From Schmidtea nova (Eukaryota): a stretch of 64,000 nt of DNA. Location of the stretch: positions 392,212,001-392,276,000 of the forward strand of contig CM097883.1 of the NCBI GenBank assembly GCA_044892505.1, in the 5' to 3' direction. The notes under the pieces are model-generated. The model ran no database searches and was not told the DNA's origin. It was given only the letters and a program-made list of their open reading frames with translations. Below are positions 52,765 through 64,000 of this stretch, piece after piece. The translations under genes were made by a program, and so were the position numbers. Positions within the stretch are counted from its first letter, which is position 1, and each line of letters begins with the position of its first letter.

Positions 52765-53286
52765 TCAGTTGTCGTCTTTCGCAGCTGGCACAGGAGTCAT
52801 GCTTCCAGACGCCGCTTCCGTCGAGTGCGAACTCCATCGCTTTGGTTGAGTAGAGGCTGGAGCTGAATTGATAACTCTGGACGACATCGTTTCGCCTGCC
52901 CGCACTGGGAACAACTCCAGTTAGGGGAACTACAACTTCGATTGTATTGCTGACACGATGCCCGCGTCAACTCGTAATTTCGCTATTTCGGCATCTCGGT
53001 TTCGGATGGTAACGTTGAGAGCCCTCAGTTGTAGTGCATCTTCCGCCACCTGCTCATGGAGAAGTTTGAGCTGCCTTTTCATCTTCTCGGTGCCGTCCAC
53101 ATTTGTCTACGTGGCTTCGATTTTTCGGCACCGAGAACGAAACTTCTCCATACGTTCGGTCATCGCTTTTAACTCGGTCTAGAATAGCTTCCTTTCCTTC
53201 TCCATGTCCGATAAACGGACGGACGTACTCCGAATACTTTGGTTTGTCTCCTTTAATTGTTTGAGTATTTGTAATTTCGATTCCAT
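52765..53286 (-). pseudogene. Coiled-coil ORF remnant (probably TE ORF1/gag-like)
   Basis: MESKLQILKQLKETNQ...QLRALNVTIRNRDAEIAKLRV..., with in-frame stops. Confidence 0.4.
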
Positions 53287-53388
53287 TATTTTAAATTCAT
53301 AATTACACCATCTCGAGCAAAAGAATCTTCGATCGCTTTTTAAAAACAGCATCATTCCTCAAGCAGACCTGATCGCGATTCAATTCGG

Positions 53389-53451
<63 letters not shown>

Positions 53452-55779
53452 TTAGAAAGAATTAGTAGTCAGGATATTCCACTCCTGTAATCACAACCTA
53501 AGTGGCGCTTATTTCTACTGTTAGCCGAATTTTTAATGAGATATTTAGAATCCAATTTCCACATTACTGAGTTTTTAAAAAAATTTATTTAAAAATGGGT
53601 CTTCTCGAAATAAGTGATTATACCCAGTTTTAATTAAAATTTGTCTATTTTTCCTTTTTTGAAATTTTTTTTCTCCAAATTTTTGCCGAGGCTATAGTAA
53701 CTTTGAAACTATTTAAATTTCGATACTGAACTAAATCATTTTAGGAATTTTTAGAAAACCTCGGTGACCCCTCTTTAACATTAAAATAAGTTATCATTAC
53801 AATTTCTATGTAGAAATTAATATGTAAAAACAATTTTTAGACTTTTTGCTTCTAAATCTAGCTCACAACCGTATTGGTTGCACTATAATATGGTTAACTT
53901 GTACCCATAATATAAGATATTGATAATTTTCTATATTTTGTTGTAGTGGTGAATTTGATTTCATTTGAGTCCGATGAGACGTAGATAGGGGTACTTCACC
54001 AACATAAAATGGATTTTCTCCGCTATCGTTCCCTTGGAATTTCCTAGTGTGACACACATTGGTTCTGTACTATACAGCGCATGCCAAGTGAACAGTTGAG
54101 CGACCTGTGTGGTCACTATTATTTCATTTTGCATGCTCGAGTTCTCGGTCGATAGAAGACTTTATTCAGGTCCTATTTGGTCTAGTTTTTTCTACGGTCT
54201 TTTTCAATTTGATTGTCGATATATTAATCGAAGTCTTTTTATAAAATAAACTAGTTTTAAATTAATACTAAGTCAGAAAAAACATTTATTTCATTAACAT
54301 TACAGGATTAATAGTCTCGAACAACTGCTCTTCGGATAATCTGCTCAACCAACATTTGAATCCCAATCTTTTTGGTGTAAGCCCTTCTTTCTCTGCGACG
54401 TCTAGCCCCCATTTGGTTACGTCTTTTGGTCTTGACACCGGTCTGAGTGGGTTGCGTTGTTTGCACTGCTTGGTCGGCATCTACTGTTCTGGTGGTTATG
54501 GGGGAATCCGTCTGCATTTCTCGGATGACGGGTGTTGAATGAATCCACTTTGCCAAGATAATCGGGCAGATCTACGCTTTCAGGTGTTAGTGCACAAAAT
54601 CCTTTGAAACGGATTCGAAGCACGCTTTTAACTCGCATTTGGTAGCCGCGAGTTCTAGAGACTGTTCCTTTACTATATTCGCTCGATCTTTTGATAGTTC
54701 TGTTTCATACTGGCTGAAGCAAACCAGGTTGGCGACCATCCCTTTCAACCTATAGTTTTCGCATTTGAGTACCCTATACATTCGCCGGTTCTTGGCGGAA
54801 TCATTATAGGTGGTTCCCATACCTGTTGAAATAAATAATATATAAACCTATAGTTATATCCGCTCTCACTGCATGCCATTTAGTCTTACAAATCTCATAT
54901 AACTTGTTAGATCAGAAATTACAACTACACCAACATAGGCGTGTTTACTTCTCAATTCGCTAGTTTGGGTTCAAGACGCCCCACCACCGCTGTTTAAGTC
55001 TTTGCGTGGTTCCACTCGGGCTAGATCTATTACAACAAACCGACGGATCTCGCCGTCGAAAAAAGGTCGCTCTCTAACTTAACTCACATATATTAGAGGC
55101 AATAATAAAATCTAAGAAATTTATTATAATTTGTTAATTAACATGATTAAACGAATCACATGACAATAATGCACATTGCAAATAGATGCGATGTCCTTTA
55201 GCTTTATGATAGGTGAAGGAATCTTAGTAAAAATCTTTGTAATTAATAAGTGGTTTGGTCAGGAACCTCTGGAGAGAATGATCTCGGAGGGCCGGGCCCA
55301 AAACATTCGATGGTTGAAACTGAATATTTCTTTGATGGAAATGCGTGACTTCCTAGCGGAAGTCGAGTACGAGTTAAAGACAAAGGGTCAATCCTTGAAC
55401 ACCAATTCTTGACCATTCTTTATGCATTGTGGGGCTCCCAGTAGGATAAAACGCTTTTGATTGAAGACGTTAATGTTGATAGTATTGAAATGCAGTACTC
55501 ACTTCGGTATTCCGGAGTCATTTTTGATTACGTCATTTTTGATTTCGGGGAATCTTCAATCGTCGGGCTGTGGAGGGGAACAGGCCATTTGGGTCCGCCT
55601 TCTTGCTATATTTCCATCTATTTGTCCCCTTCCCAGACATGGAATGGCGCTCACTCGAAATTCTTGGCGCTTCCCCTCCATATTGAAAATGGTTATTTCT
55701 GGCGACGCTCCCACCGCCACCGTCTCATCTCGGCATCCATTCTGTGGTGATGTTAGTTTGGCGGTCACGCCGGAGTGTA

Positions 55780-57110
55780 TGTAAAATTGTGAAATAAAAT
55801 TATTTTCATTTTGATTATGAAATTTTAATTAATTTGGATATTCAAATATGCAAATTTTCGAATTAATTACAGTTAGCAAGGAGGATTACTAAAGAAATTA
55901 AAGAAAAAACATTAAAAATTATGCATCAAGAAATAAAAAAGAAACCATAAAATGTAAGAATTTGTTAATTGAATAAATATTTTTTAAATGAATTTGGTTT
56001 ATTCAAAATTAATTACTGTTGTCCGGGAATTACTAAATAAATTATTCTAATACAAACTAATATTCAGTAATTTATAATAGTTTGTATGGGAAAACAATGG
56101 AAAATCTGAAAGAGAATGAATTTAAGATTATGTTCAACTGAGAAAAAACTTATGCTGTGAGGATACCTAAATAATAAATAATATTATAAATTATTCGAAT
56201 AACTTGGGGAAAACCCGATTGGTGATTGAACTATCATTCTGGAACTTTGGAAAGAAAACGGAAACTCAAAAAATTGAGAAATGAGAAAAGGGTAACAAAT
56301 TAAAAGAAATTAATCAATTAAAAAGAAAAAGGTCATTATAATTAATAGGTGCAAGAAAACAACATGGAATTCATGAAATGGGAAAACAAAAACAAAACCG
56401 GTATCGTGACAGATGTCAAAGATAACACGGGAACTGAGAAAAACATTGGGGAAATTCCAGGGGAAAAAAAGGAAAAAAGTAAATTGTCCCGAATGCCGAA
56501 CGGCTATGGGCTATACGGGAGCAAAAAGCAAATTGGAAATGCCAGTGGCAGGAATATGAGAAAAAGTAAAGCACCACTAGTGCCGGAGAATGGCAAACTA
56601 TGAAAAGGGAGAGAACAATTTTAGACAGAAGTTGCCGAGAAAAGATTGAAGAGAAAAATTTGTGAGAAGTATTTGTGAAACGATTTTTAACAGACATTTT
56701 GTGTAGTAGTTTGAAAAAATTTTCAGAGAAAAAATTGATCGAAAAAGTTTATTGTGAAATCGATTATTGTAAATTATTGGAAGTTGATTTTAATAAATTT
56801 GTTGTTAAGTGTTTAAGCAGAATTTCAAGTCAAAACAAAGGGAACAAATTGTTGGTTACCCATTAATAAATACACACCAGTAGTTGGTGATCATAGCTAG
56901 AATACTATTCCTCACAATCGTGTTGTAATAAGCAATGTATAATTGCTTCTGATTATTGATTGAATATATCAGTGTAATTGTGAAACCAGCTGTGATATCA
57001 ATAAAGATTCCTGTCGTAATTGTTATTATATTGATAAATAAAGCACGCATTCGGAGTCAGAAGTTTGATATAGTATTTTTAAACTTCACCGGCAACCCAA
57101 TAACTTAACA
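55780..57110 (+). mobile_element. 5' LTR (family 1) of a gypsy element
   Basis: TG...CA ends, homology to 30507-31422, followed 5 nt later by a PBS. Confidence 0.85.
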
Positions 57111-57115
57111 TATTT

Positions 57116-57133
57116 TGGTGAGCCCGACGTGAT
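57116..57133 (+). promoter_or_regulatory. Primer-binding site for tRNA-Trp
   Basis: TGGTGAGCCCGACGTGAT is complementary to ATCACGTCGGGCTCACCA, a tRNA-Trp-type 3' end. Confidence 0.8.
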
Positions 57134-57439
57134 CAAAGTTGGTGAAGAGATTATTTTATAAAAATATTTGTGCCATATTCCGACGTGAAGACATTGTTGA
57201 ATAAAAATCTTTGTACCATATTCCTACGTGATCCAAGTTGGTGGAAAATTATTAAATAAGATTTATTGAAAAAAAGAGTGAAAATAATTTGGAATTAAGG
57301 AAAATTTTTCAAAAAAACTGACAAGGAAAATTATTGATTGTAGTAATAATTTTGAAATTTAGATTTTGTGTAATTTGAGAAACTAATTTATTAAACTGAA
57401 TCCATATAATTTACGAAGCAATGGGAAAGAAAACCCATA

Positions 57440-57770
57440 ATGAATAGTGAAGATTTACTAGTTTCCGTTGACAAAGAAAGATATGATTTTGCCAGTTCTC
57501 AAAGATTACCAATAAAGCAATACAGAGGAGATGCACTTTCATTTTTCGATTTTATAAATGAATATTATATGTATGCTACAGGTTATGGGTAGACAAAGTT
57601 AAAAATTATACAGAAATTTGCGTTATATTTAACTGGAGTTGCTCGTGATGCATGTTGTAAGATTGACAAAAGGAAAATTGGAGATGAGTGTTCGAAATTA
57701 AATGATTCGATGGAAGATAAATTGGTATGCAAAGAAGTTAATCTTGGGATTAATTGTTTTCAGTTTTTCC
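57440..57770 (+). pseudogene. Gypsy gag N-terminal remnant
   Basis: ...YRGDALSFFDFINEYYMYATGYG*TKLKIIQKFALYLTGVAR...; truncated. Confidence 0.7.
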
Positions 57771-58210
57771 ATTTGTAAGGATAGTTTGTTTAGATTTTGT
57801 TTCTCTATAGACTATTTGGTTTCTTCCTCTTTTAAGTTAGTATAGGTTTTATAATTTCTCTCGCTAGTCGTTTCTGTAGTTTTTTCGTTTGTAAGAATAA
57901 TTCAATTTCAAATTCCTTGCAGATATTTCGATTTGTCGTTTGAGTAATTTTAAATTGCTTTTGATATAATATTAGTCTTTCCATATAATATTTAAAAAAT
58001 CTATTTAATTAATTTGTGTTTCTAATTCCTATAGTAATTTTTTCCATTACTATAGGAATTGATTTCTTTATATTTAAATTCCATTTGAATATTTATGTTT
58101 AATATTTTTATGTAACCACAAATATAATGAACACAGTGGGGAAACACACATGGAGGAATCGAAATAATAATAAAATTAGCAACTCAATACAATAAATATT
58201 AAGTAACCGT

Positions 58211-58278
58211 GGGACTTGATTGGTGTGAGAAATTGTGGGGCGAGCCTGGAGGCCTGAAATCTGTGTAAACTTTATATG
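58211..58278 (+). ncRNA. Spliced-leader cassette copy 4, internally deleted
   Basis: GGGACTTGATTGGTGTGAGAAATTGTGGGGCGAGCCTGGAGGCCTGAAATCTGTGTAAACTTTATATG. The 5' half of the SL is lost between two TGAA microhomologies present in copy 1. Confidence 0.6.
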
Positions 58279-58279
58279 C

Positions 58280-59760
58280 TAAAATTGTATATGGCTCACA
58301 GCATAAGGCTCCTTTGTAGATGAACACATCTCTCCATTTAACCTGTCGAGCCCACATCGACTTTGTTTGCCAGGCGCCTAAGAACTCGCAGGGCAATTTC
58401 GTATATCCCATCTCCTCTCCGGTCCGAATGTTCCTGGGCTTGTCGAGGATGATGTATCCGAGACGTCTCAGTGTTTGCATGTCGCTGGGTTTGAGTGTGA
58501 GTACCCCATCTAGACAGGCCCTCCTCATTCAATTATTCGATGAACCAATTTGTCTGGCGAGCTCCGTGGCAATCTTTGATACTCGGCCACTGGGAGCCTC
58601 CCTCGCATCTAATATTACTCGTGGTATAGTCAATTATCTCGAACGGAGCGGTCCATTTAAATTCTCTCTTCCAATGGCGTGCGTGTCTAACGACTTCAGC
58701 TCGTTTTTTATCGGGAACGACTGGAAGTTCTAGAAATTCTTGTCCTGACTGTTGTCTCGTTGACATCTTATTTCGTCGTCTAGTTTTGTTCGGTTTTTCG
58801 GGTGACATACTATAATCAAATAAAGAGATTATTCAAACTCATTACGGCCGTCAGCATACACATGCATTCATTTCCTCATCATTCGTCAATCATTTACCTG
58901 GAGTCATTCATTACCGTCATACCATGCAACCTTCGTCTCCACGTTTCACTGTATTGTCTGTATTACACACTTCAATTCACGTTGTCATCACCACTTCACT
59001 AGTTATCGATTAGTCCGAATCTTCAATGTTCTAATATTTTCATGTAAGCCTCATGATAACCGACACTCAGTCATGCTCAGTTACGCATTGATTGTTGCAT
59101 ATATTTTCAGCTTGATTTTTATCGATGGACACTTTTCTCCGTTATCAAATTCCATGGACGTACATTCAATCGGCGATTCGATCTTTGTTCCTCTCATATC
59201 ATCACTCGAAATTTCACAACCTTCTGCAATCATCTCAGTCATTCATGGGATCATTCAACCTCAGGCATCGGCTTATTCAAATCGGAAAAATCTACTCCAT
59301 TCATTCTGACATCATGCTATATCTTGAACGAATTCTCTTGTCGTCTCATCTTGCTCAGACACTTTTAAACAGTTTGGGAATGTCAAAATTGTTTGTAATC
59401 ATGTTGCTCATGTGCTGTTAGTAATACCAGATTATCAGTGCATGTGGAGATTCTGTAAAAATCGCGTTGTCATATTTGTCGAAATTCTGTATATTCGTCT
59501 TCGAAATGTGTGACATCTACTGGTTACAGACGCTACTGCTGATGGTTCTATATGTAACCCTCTCGACGATGCTCTATGTGCAACTCCTCTTGACGATGCT
59601 CTATGTGCAACTTCTCTTGACGATGCTCTATGTGCAATTCATCTTGACAATGCTCTATGTGCAACTCCTCTCTCGTTCATTTGGCACTACGACGCCGCAT
59701 CAGTCACCACCCTTAAGACGATGCGCTGAGTGGCCCATTAGTCGTCCATTGGGTCCGGAG
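58280..59760 (-). mobile_element. Decayed retroelement internal region (integrase GPY/F-like module and repeat-bearing ORF)
   Basis: KWTAPFEII resembles the gypsy integrase KWxGPF motif; upstream stop-riddled ORF carries ELHIEHRQE repeats. Confidence 0.5.
59565..59672. repeat. 27-bp tandem repeat x4
   Basis: Unit GACGATGCTCTATGTGCAACTCCTCTT starting at 59565, 59592, 59619 and 59646. Confidence 0.95.
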
Positions 59761-59957
59761 ATCTTTGGGACGCGATCTTATTGATTTTGAAAATGAAAAA
59801 CAGGAGGGTTTAAAATTAACAATAACACAATTTCACATAAAGTACCTCCAAAATGGTTTCGATTACAATGATTTCTCACAACAAGATAAACTGGTACTCA
59901 AGGTAAAGATTTTGCCTCAGGTAAAAGTGACATTAACATTCTAAATTTGGTTGCTAC

Positions 59958-60736
59958 TGTTGGGTTATTATTTTGTTAAGATCGGTTTACTGACCTGACT
60001 CCTTGTGCTCTTTAATGATCGAAATCAATGAACCCAACACAGAACAATTTATTCACGATCAACACAAATTACAATTTTTGTTATGTACACTTCTGATCAA
60101 TTTACTCTCTTTTCCGGATTCGGATTTGATTCTTTAGTTAAAGGATAATTTCTCACTTTGTCTTTCTCGAAATCCTCAGGATCCCTCTTTGTTTGTTTTC
60201 AACACTTGTTAATATTTTCGTTTTAACTGTCAACTCTTCGGCCCCGTCCTCTGCTATGCACTGCTTTTTATACCTCTCACAATTAACAATTAAATTTTAT
60301 CAATATCTAAAAGTTATCCAATCTCAGGTTTAATTGTTTTACTAACAAATTATTTTGATTGTCCTCGGGTGGATTTTCCCTAATTGCCCTGTCGGGTCTC
60401 TCCGCGCTCAGGCTTTCCTCATCGCTCGGGTTTCTTCTTGCCTCGGGCTTCCCATTGTCTCGGGCTTTCCATTGAGCGATTAATTAATTTTAATTAGTTT
60501 GTCTTTACTATATAACTTTCTCTGGGGACCCCTTACTAAATTTCTATTATTATTTTTGGGTTCGTCTTTTGATTCAGCATTCAACCATACCCAGTTTCCC
60601 CAATGAATATTAATTTTTAATTTTTAATAAATTTTAATTAATTTTTGCACTTTTATTTATTTTGATATTTCTTTGCTTTTACTATTCTTTCTTGTTACTT
60701 TTGTGATTTTTATACTAACCCAAAAAATACCTCACA
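59958..60736 (-). mobile_element. LTR (family 2)
   Basis: Minus strand starts TGTGAGG and ends AATAACCCAACA; TATAAAA near 60268 and AATAAA near 60048. Homologous to 23029-24101. Confidence 0.6.
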
Positions 60737-61467
60737 CCTTTATTTAAGATTAGTCCTCGAATCTATATTTTGATTTATTATTTTGTTAAAATGGTAGTCT
60801 ACTCAATACCATAAATGTGCATAATTATAATTATTAGTAAAAGTTTGGATTATAAATAAGATGGGAGAGTAATCTCAATACCAACTATAATAGAATACTT
60901 TAATATAATAGTTTTGAATGCTAGTAATTATAGCGACAATAATAATAACTAATAATAGTGAAGGTAATACTAATAACGATATATTTATAATATTAATGAT
61001 GGCCTAATAGTAATACTAATAACAACCAACTATTGATTTTAGTAATAAAATTTTATAACAATGATAATAATCACAACAGCAATAATGCTAATATTAATAA
61101 TAATAATAATGCTTATACTTATAATTACTAATAATAATAATAATACTAATAATAACAATATCAACAACAATAGTAATAATACTGATGATAATAATATGCT
61201 AATAATAATAATAATAATAATAATAATATGCTAATAATAATGATAACAATTTTTTTCTTCCTACTAATAATAAAAAGAATAATAATCATTATCTTTTATA
61301 ATCGATAATATAATAATTATAATAACTATACCTTACTATTACTAATGATAATTGTAATAATTTTTTGATAATAAGAGCAATAATGATTAATTAACAATAA
61401 TAATAATAATATTTATTATAATAATAATAATAATACTTATTATTTTAATAATATTGATAATAATAAT

Positions 61468-61700
61468 TCGGCTTTGCCGATAATTGTTCATTTCAAAATC
61501 GGTCTAGCCGATTTTTGCTTTGAATCGGCTTTGCAGATAATTATTTGTTTACAGAAAATCGGCATTGCCGATTTTTTCTTATTTATTTAAATCGGTATAG
61601 CCGATAATTGATTTTCCTTTTGTGTCGGCATCGGCAATAACAAAAGGGAATTTGTGAACAGTTTTTAGCCAATCACGTGGTAGTTATTCGTGATTGGCTA
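61468..61700. repeat. Array of short AATCGGnnnGCCGAT palindromes plus a CCAAT-containing hairpin
   Basis: Five TCGG(C/T)n(T/A)nGCCGA-type units about 30 bp apart, then TAGCCAATCACG-N11-CGTGATTGGCTA. Confidence 0.75.
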
Positions 61701-62835
61701 CTTCCACCTATGAGAGTGGTTTTTATTTAAAGATTTATAGATTTTCTTTCAACAAATCAGTGCAAAATATTTACTTCTATTAAGATTTTATTTCTTTGGA
61801 ATATTGACAGTGACTCCTTAAACAAATTTTTATTTTATTGCTGTTCAAACACGAGTATAGAAGAATCAAAAAAATTGTTTGCTTTCTTATTTAAATCAAC
61901 GGGGAACATATTTTGGTTAAAGAGGAACGGACAAGGTGATATTTTAATATTGGATAATCGGTCAAATAATTTGCTACTTATTGTTTTCGTTATTCTTATT
62001 ATTTTAGTTAGCGAAAATGTTAATTAATTTTGCAGTTTCGTGAATTTAAATTTTAGCCTATTTAAAATCTACACATTTTTTTTACTAAAACGCCGAGTGA
62101 AATGCTGGTATTTACTGTCAATGACATCCCAATCTTGTCAATTTGTCTCAAATCATGATAGATATCTTACTGCAATTTTGGTTCATAATTAACCATATCC
62201 GAATGGACTCCAAACGAGTGAAACACTAGCAATAAGTCATTATACATATATTTATAAATGCATTATGTTTGACTGATTCGATGATCACATATTCTATATA
62301 GTGTTTGCATTTGTATAAACTTCGTAATCACTAATAACAATATCATGAACAACAACACTAATAATAAAAATTAATAATGATATTCATACTAATGCTTTTA
62401 ATGATGATAATATGTTAATAATAATGACAATAGTACCAATAATAACAAACACAACAATTACTATCCCCACTATTATCATCATAATAATAATACATTATAG
62501 TGATAATTTTATATTGTCATAAATAATTAATTTCCACAATACNNNNNNNNNNNNNNNNNNNNNNNNNNNNNNNNNNNNNNNNNNNNNNNNNNNNNNNNNN
62601 NNNNNNNNNNNNNNNNNNNNNNNNNNNNNNNNNNNNNNNNNNNNNNNNNNNNNNNNNNNNNNNNNNNNNNTAATAATAATAGTAACATCAATAATAATGT
62701 TACCACTAATTATAACAATAATAATACTAATTATAATTTAATAAATAATAATAATATTAATACTACTAATAATAATAGTAAATAATAATGACCATCACTG
62801 CGACAGTAATGCAATAATAATAAATGATATTTGTT

Positions 62836-63220
62836 TCAGCCAAAGTTTGCTTGTTTGCAAACGTTGGCTATTTCTTTGTGCGAGTTTGTGTGCGCATATT
62901 TTCTTCCATTTGGCTATCTGCTCGCGTCTGTGTGCGCGTTTTTTCTCACCTTTATTGTCGTGTGCGTGTTATTTGTAATTAATATCATTATCAGCGTCTG
63001 TGTGCGCATTTTTAGTTTTGGTGCAGGTCTAATTGATTTGGATTATTTTGGAATTGTTTTAATAATCCAATTGGTAATTGGATTATTTTGGATTTTTTTG
63101 AATTGTTTAATTTTAATTTGAGATTTGGTTTTTTAGAAATTAATTAGGTGTTTTAATAATCAAATGGAAAGTGATATGCGAAATTTTAAAATCGAAAAGT
63201 ATTCGAGTTTTAGAATTAAA
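62836..63220 (+). repeat. GCGTCTGTGTGCGC-motif repeat family, copy C
   Basis: 5' hairpin AGCCAA..GTTTGC..GCAAAC.TTGGCT, four motif copies, then a G/T-rich tract. Confidence 0.7.
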
Positions 63221-63258
63221 AAATGTCGGTGTTGTCAAAATATTCCAAATTGAATTCC

Positions 63259-63761
63259 AAAGAGTCGTTTCTACTATTCTGTTTGATGATAAGAATATCT
63301 TTGAGCATTTACGAAGCAGGTTTAGATGGTAGGATTGTCCGATCTATTGTTCAAAGAGATGTTCAAAAGGTTTCGATTCAATTACTGAAATTTCTATTGA
63401 TTGCTCTTCCTGCTACGTTTGTCAATAGTTTTATTAGATTTCTAGAAAAGACATTATCGATTTGCTTCAGAACTAGGCTTGTGGAATATTCTTATGAACT
63501 TTATTTCAAGCATCAAACTTATTTTCGCGTGGAAAACATTGATTATCGAATTAAAAGGGTTGACCAAAGTCTCACAAAAGATTTCTCAGTATTTTCATCA
63601 TCATTAGCTCATTTATATTCTCAATTAACGAAACCGTTTCTGGATCTCTGCTTAATGTCATTTTCATTGTATGAACTTGCTCGAAATTGTGGAACTAGTG
63701 GAAGAATTCCATGTATTGTTGCTTCGGGAGTTGTTATTTCAACTGGAGAATTACTGCGATT
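63259..63761 (+). pseudogene. Peroxisomal ABC transporter ABCD1/2-like transmembrane-domain fragment, truncated at both ends
   Basis: LDGRIVRSIV, LLIALPATFVNSFIRFLE, YFKHQTYFRV, DQSLTKD, LAHLYSQLTKPFLD. Similarity stops at TGELLRF, with no SPKFG continuation and no obvious donor. Confidence 0.85.
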
Positions 63762-64000
63762 TGACGATTGTCCCGAAAATCCTCTCGAAAGTCCATTTGA
63801 ATGTTGTTTATTTAGTTACGGAAAATAATAAAAATTATTATTTGGCCTTTCATGTTCGAATCAGATATTAATAATAATTATAATTATGACACCACCAATA
63901 ATAATTATAATTCATCATAGTGACAATTTAATATTGATAGTGATAATCAATAATTATAACAATAATACTTTTAGTTAATATTAACAATGTTAATACTGAT

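Noticed and set aside
59565-59672. 27-bp repeats as a CRISPR array
   Set aside because: Head-to-tail units with no spacers, eukaryotic context, no cas genes.

Overview
Very AT-rich eukaryotic draft-assembly scaffold with five N-gaps, most likely from a triclad planarian (Schmidtea-like). The main clue is four copies of a sequence matching the planarian spliced-leader (SL) exon as I recall it. Three host genes look intact. One is a hand-assembled 5-exon minus-strand gene (2885-8525, 5' end not found) encoding about 520 aa of divergent Ig-like repeats. The others are an intronless small heat-shock protein with two alpha-crystallin domains (15536-16420) and a 2-exon dynein light chain (25523-25853). 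The rest is mostly decayed mobile DNA: Ty3/gypsy and BEL/Pao remnants and solo LTRs, Penelope-like GIY-YIG remnants, Tc3-like, mariner, hAT and piggyBac transposase remnants, MITEs and microsatellites. Four observations stand out. (1) A conserved ~110-bp upstream block plus SL exon is fused, without the SL intron, to unrelated coding fragments. (2) There are several minimal hammerhead ribozyme motifs, including a U3-A8 core-variant family. (3) A GCGTCTGTGTGCGC-array repeat is followed by host-gene fragments (cadherin, ABCD transporter). (4) A 46-nt CCA-bearing tRNA-Leu 3' half is fused to a gypsy RT. All family assignments come from motif recognition, not database searches.
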